Below, one piece after another: positions 29,078 through 32,000 of a DNA stretch of 32,000 nucleotides. Each line of letters begins with the position of its first letter. Position 1 is the first letter of the stretch. Under the pieces are notes generated by a model, which was not told the origin of the DNA, did no database searches, and saw nothing but the letters and a program-made list of their open reading frames with translations. The DNA comes from Geotalea daltonii FRC-32 (GTDB lineage: Bacteria > Desulfobacterota > Desulfuromonadia > Geobacterales > Geobacteraceae): NCBI RefSeq assembly GCF_000022265.1, contig NC_011979.1, forward strand, positions 840,001-872,000, written 5' to 3'. Both the position numbers and the translations under genes were made by a program.

Positions 29078-29302
29078 ATGCAAACAGTTGATTTACGTGG
29101 TGTCTCCTGCCCGACCAATTTTGTCAAGGCCAAGCTGGCGCTGGAAATGCTGGACGAGGGGGAAACGGTGGAGTTCCTTCTGGATGACGGCGAACCGGTC
29201 AAAAATGTCCCCCGCAGCCTGAAGGGGGAAGGGCATAAACTTCTGGGGCTGAAGCAGGTGGAGAGCCATTACGTCCTGACCCTGGAAAAGGTCGGGGAAT
29301 AA
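29078..29302 (+). CDS. TusA/SirA-family sulfur-transfer protein (variant CPTN motif)
   Basis: 74 aa. VDLRGVSCPTNFVKAKLALEML..GETVEFLLDDGEPVKNVPRSL matches the TusA pattern (D.RG..CP.....K.AL..L..GE.L....DD). AAGGGAG SD. Confidence 0.8.
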   Translation: MQTVDLRGVSCPTNFVKAKLALEMLDEGETVEFLLDDGEPVKNVPRSLKGEGHKLLGLKQVESHYVLTLEKVGE

Positions 29303-29343
29303 ACAGGGCTGACAAGGCCCCAGCTTCTGCTTATAGGCTATAA

Positions 29344-30150
29344 ATGACAGTGGACCAGCAAAAACTGCGAGATATGATCAGCCAACCGAAGACCACCTTC
29401 GTGGCTGGGGCGCTGCGACGCGAGGGGAACGTATTCTTCATCGACGGGGAGCTGCCTGCAAAGTCGAGCCTGGAAGCACTTTTCGATAGTCACTGCCAGT
29501 CTCCGGCTGAGCTGTTCTGCATTGCCTTTCGCAACGTGAGTGACTTCCATTGCGGAGAGGATCTGGCCAGACTGGTTAAAAAAAATTTCAGCGCTCACCT
29601 GCTCGGACGATTCCGGTTTCCCCCTTCCTTGCCCCTGATGGAAAGGGCTTATGCCGCAGGTATCGATATCATCGACATACCACTGGGTGTATTTGATCCG
29701 GACATAGCCCGTGAGCGGGCGCTTAATCGTGAGGCGCTCCTGATATCTTTATCAAATGCGCTTACAGTCTTTCCCCGCTGGTCGGTGGTTTCCACACTGG
29801 ATGCCGGTGAAGAGCCGGCATCATCCACCCGGGCAGGCATAGGCCATTTGCTTGCCGCCGATATTTTACCACTGGTGGAGCTGGTGGCGCCGCTTGCAGA
29901 CAGATCTGCCTCAGAGATCGGCAATCTGTTCGAACAACTGGCAGGAAGCTGGCGCAGCCGGAAGGCAACGATCAAGCCCCTCCAGCCATTGATCGATGTT
30001 ACGACTCCTCTTGCTCCGCTCAAATCAAAAGGCGTGCTAAAGGGGCTCTTTGACAAGGTATATGAGCAGAAGTTGCTGGCGGCCTCTGATTTACGCCGTA
30101 GTCTCAGGGTGCGACAGGTTGAACAGTCATTCGAATCGGCGGGGCTGTAA
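29344..30150 (+). CDS. Hypothetical protein, no family recognised (possible degenerate radical-SAM-like/TIM-barrel fold lacking CxxxCxxC)
   Basis: 268-aa ORF with an in-frame TAA directly upstream and a weak SD. Codon usage resembles its neighbours. Its stop overlaps the DASS permease start (TAATG), which argues that it is expressed as part of the operon. Cys residues occur only in HCQSPAELFCIAFRNVSDFHC. Confidence 0.65.
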   Translation: MTVDQQKLRDMISQPKTTFVAGALRREGNVFFIDGELPAKSSLEALFDSHCQSPAELFCIAFRNVSDFHCGEDLARLVKKNFSAHLLGRFRFPPSLPLMERAYAAGIDIIDIPLGVFDPDIARERALNREALLISLSNALTVFPRWSVVSTLDAGEEPASSTRAGIGHLLAADILPLVELVAPLADRSASEIGNLFEQLAGSWRSRKATIKPLQPLIDVTTPLAPLKSKGVLKGLFDKVYEQKLLAASDLRRSLRVRQVEQSFESAGL

Positions 30151-31592
30151 TGGAGCAGATTGAAAAGCCTCTAAAGATCGACCGCCGCCCCATGTGGCTG
30201 ATTTTGGCCGACCGCACCTTGCACTACCAGGTCTTTGCCGGACTGATCATCCTCTGTACGGTGCTGTTTCAGCTGAAGCCTCCTCAGGGGCTTTCAGTGG
30301 AAGGCTACCACGCCATGATCCTTTTCGGCGCCACCATCTTCCTTTGGGTTTCCAGTTTGCTGCCCCTGGCGGTGACCTCCCTGCTGGCCATGGCCATGAT
30401 ACCGCTGCTCGGCATCATGGAAGCGAAAAAGACCTATGCCTTGTTCGGCAACGAGGCAGTCTTCTTCATTCTGGGAGCCTTCATCATGGCCGCCGCCATG
30501 AGCGGCACAGGTCTTTCGTCCCGCTTGGCACGGGCAATGCTGGCTCGCTTCGGCAGCACCCCAAAAAAGCTGGGCCTGACCGTCTACCTTCTCAGCGCCT
30601 TTCTCTCCTTCTGTATGAGCGAACATGCGGTGGCCGCCATGATGTTCCCCATCGTGGTGGAAATAAGCGGCAGTCTGGGGCTGCAGAGCGAAAAGAACAG
30701 CTACGGCAAATTGCTTTTCATGAGCATCGGCTGGGGCTGTGTCATCGGTGGCATCGCCACCTTTCTCGGCGGAGCCCGTGCGCCGTTGGCGGTAGGAATG
30801 CTTCGGGAGAGTACTGGCCTGGATTTCTCCTTCTTCGAATGGACCATGGCAGCCATCATGATTGTCCTTCCGCTGCTGGTGATCGGCTACCTTCTGCTGC
30901 TCTGGCTATTTCCCCAGGACATTGACAGTGTTGACGAAGGGCTCAGGTTTCTCAACCGTAAGCGATTGGAAGTGGGCCGAATGAGTTATGACGAGATAAT
31001 TGTCGCTGTGGTGACGGTCATCACCATTCTTGCCTGGGTATTTCTCGGTAAACAGCTGGGGCTTGCAAGCATTGCCACCCTGGCGGTGGTCGCTCTTTTT
31101 GCCTGTCGGGTGGTGTCATGGCAGAGCATCGAGGAGTATGTGAACTGGGGCGTGATCCTCATGTACGGCGGGGCCATTGCCATTGCTTCAGCCCTGGAAA
31201 AGACCGGCGCTGCACAATGGCTGGCCGGCCAAGCCCTGGCAGGTCTTAATGACTCTCCCTTTCTGGTCATCACCGTCATGTCGCTGATCTCACTGCTGCT
31301 TACCGAATGTATAAGCAATGCGGCGGTGATCGCCATCCTCCTGCCCATCGGCATCAGCCTGTCCAAATCCATGGGAATGGATCCGCGGGTGATGACCCTG
31401 GCAGTGGCCCTTCCCGCTGGCCTTGCTTATTGTCTGCCCATGGGGACCCCGGCTAACGCCATCGTTTTTTCTTCAGGCTTCCTCAAAAGCAGGGAGATGA
31501 TCCTGCCGGGAATGCTGATCATGGCCATATCGTGGCTGCTGTTTCTCGCTTCGGCCTGGCTGGTCTGGCCGCTGATCGGCTTCAGGATATGA
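30150..31592 (+). CDS. DASS/SLC13-family anion:cation symporter (putative sulfate or other sulfur oxyanion uptake)
   Basis: 480 aa with ~12-14 hydrophobic segments. The two re-entrant hairpin motif positions read FCMSEHAVAAMMFPI (variant of SNT) and TECISNAAVIAILLPIG. Substrate is inferred from context only. Confidence 0.8.
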   Translation: MEQIEKPLKIDRRPMWLILADRTLHYQVFAGLIILCTVLFQLKPPQGLSVEGYHAMILFGATIFLWVSSLLPLAVTSLLAMAMIPLLGIMEAKKTYALFGNEAVFFILGAFIMAAAMSGTGLSSRLARAMLARFGSTPKKLGLTVYLLSAFLSFCMSEHAVAAMMFPIVVEISGSLGLQSEKNSYGKLLFMSIGWGCVIGGIATFLGGARAPLAVGMLRESTGLDFSFFEWTMAAIMIVLPLLVIGYLLLLWLFPQDIDSVDEGLRFLNRKRLEVGRMSYDEIIVAVVTVITILAWVFLGKQLGLASIATLAVVALFACRVVSWQSIEEYVNWGVILMYGGAIAIASALEKTGAAQWLAGQALAGLNDSPFLVITVMSLISLLLTECISNAAVIAILLPIGISLSKSMGMDPRVMTLAVALPAGLAYCLPMGTPANAIVFSSGFLKSREMILPGMLIMAISWLLFLASAWLVWPLIGFRI

Positions 31593-31597
31593 CGATT

Positions 31598-31667
31598 GTA
31601 GGGGCGCTGTTTGCCGCGCCCGGTTTTTCACCAGCAATAATGGGCGCGGCAAGCAGCGCCCTTACGA
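31598..31667. repeat. REP-like nested palindrome (two inverted copies of a GGGCGC-N8-GCGCCC hairpin unit)
   Basis: Arm 1 is GGGCGCTGTTTGCCGCGCCC (31602-31621). Arm 2 is GGGCGCGGCAAGCAGCGCCC (31642-31661). They are reverse complements with one G-U position, separated by 20 nt and flanked by GTAG.../...CTTAC. Each arm is itself a 6-bp hairpin. Confidence 0.6.
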
Positions 31668-31676
31668 GGATGCACC

Positions 31677-32000
31677 ATGACACAGATCCCTGTACTATCA
31701 GACGCCACTCCGGAGGAAATACTCAAGGCCGGCTATGGAGCCACCGGAGGCAACATCGCCCTGGCCTGCTCCTTTTCCGTGGAAGATGTGGTCATCATCG
31801 ACATGGCCCAGGCCCTATCCTTGCCCCTGCGCGTGTTCGCCCTGGATACGGGACGTCTCCACGAGGAGACCTACGAGGTTGCCGATGCCCTCACTGAGCG
31901 CTACCGGATCAAGATCGACTGGTATTATCCCCGCCATGAAGCGGTTGAGCAGCTTTTGCGGGAAAAAGGTACCTTCTCCTTCCGCGAATCCCTTGAGAAC
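31677..32000 (+). CDS. cysH: Phosphoadenylyl-sulfate/adenylyl-sulfate reductase (thioredoxin-dependent CysH family), 3'-truncated by the window edge
   Basis: Hand translation gives MTQIPVLSDATPEEILKAGYGATGGNIALACSFSVEDVVIIDMAQALSLPLRVFALDTGRLHEETYEV...EKGTFSFRESLEN. The SFS.EDVV.IDM and LDTGRLH.ETY blocks are CysH hallmarks. GAGGA SD 6 nt upstream. It is absent from the track because no stop lies within the window. Confidence 0.85.
   Translation, partial: MTQIPVLSDATPEEILKAGYGATGGNIALACSFSVEDVVIIDMAQALSLPLRVFALDTGRLHEETYEVADALTERYRIKIDWYYPRHEAVEQLLREKGTFSFRESLEN

Noticed and set aside
31532-31897. 121-aa plus-strand ORF across the permease/cysH junction
   Set aside because: It is in the wrong frame. 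It runs through the REP-like palindrome and is out of frame with the clear CysH reading frame that starts at 31677.
1-32000. Scan for tRNA/rRNA genes, CRISPR repeats, IS elements, integrases, toxin-antitoxin pairs and defence-system genes
   Set aside because: None were seen. Intergenic spaces are short and are accounted for by promoters, terminators, the riboswitch, CIRCE and one REP-like palindrome. There are no direct repeat arrays and no transposase- or integrase-like ORFs.

Overview
This looks like a chromosomal segment from a Geobacter-type deltaproteobacterium (Desulfuromonadales). That assignment is inferred from how the proteins look, the gene order and a mid-50s %GC judged by eye; no search was run. 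(1) Bases 1-15.6 kb hold a canonical, tightly packed dcw cell-wall/division cluster: ftsI (5'-truncated), murE, murF, mraY, murD, ftsW, murG, murC, murB, ddl, ftsQ, ftsA, ftsZ. Many junctions show stop/start overlaps. (2) Bases 15.9-24.9 kb hold housekeeping and stress genes: a B12-like-domain radical SAM protein, a small outer-membrane beta-barrel, elbB, clpB, a small lipoprotein, an untracked 53-aa Cys-rich ORF coupled to a 65-aa ferredoxin, ilvE, and rpoH with a perfect CIRCE operator in its promoter. (3) Bases 25.0-32.0 kb are the most interesting part. A SAM-I riboswitch with an intrinsic terminator precedes a co-directional run of genes: metY, a ThiS-like sulfur carrier ending GGGNL, a ThiF/MoeB-like E1, a JAMM protease, an AsrC/DsrA-like siroheme sulfite reductase, a TusA-like protein, a 268-aa orphan, a DASS/SLC13 permease and cysH (3'-truncated). 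The core resembles the protein-thiocarboxylate homocysteine pathway characterised in Wolinella succinogenes (and CysO/Mec+ in Mycobacterium). This locus adds riboswitch control and several unassigned components. I saw no rRNA, tRNA, CRISPR array, transposase, integrase or phage genes. Many long antisense ORFs in the track are shadow ORFs of GC-rich genes.
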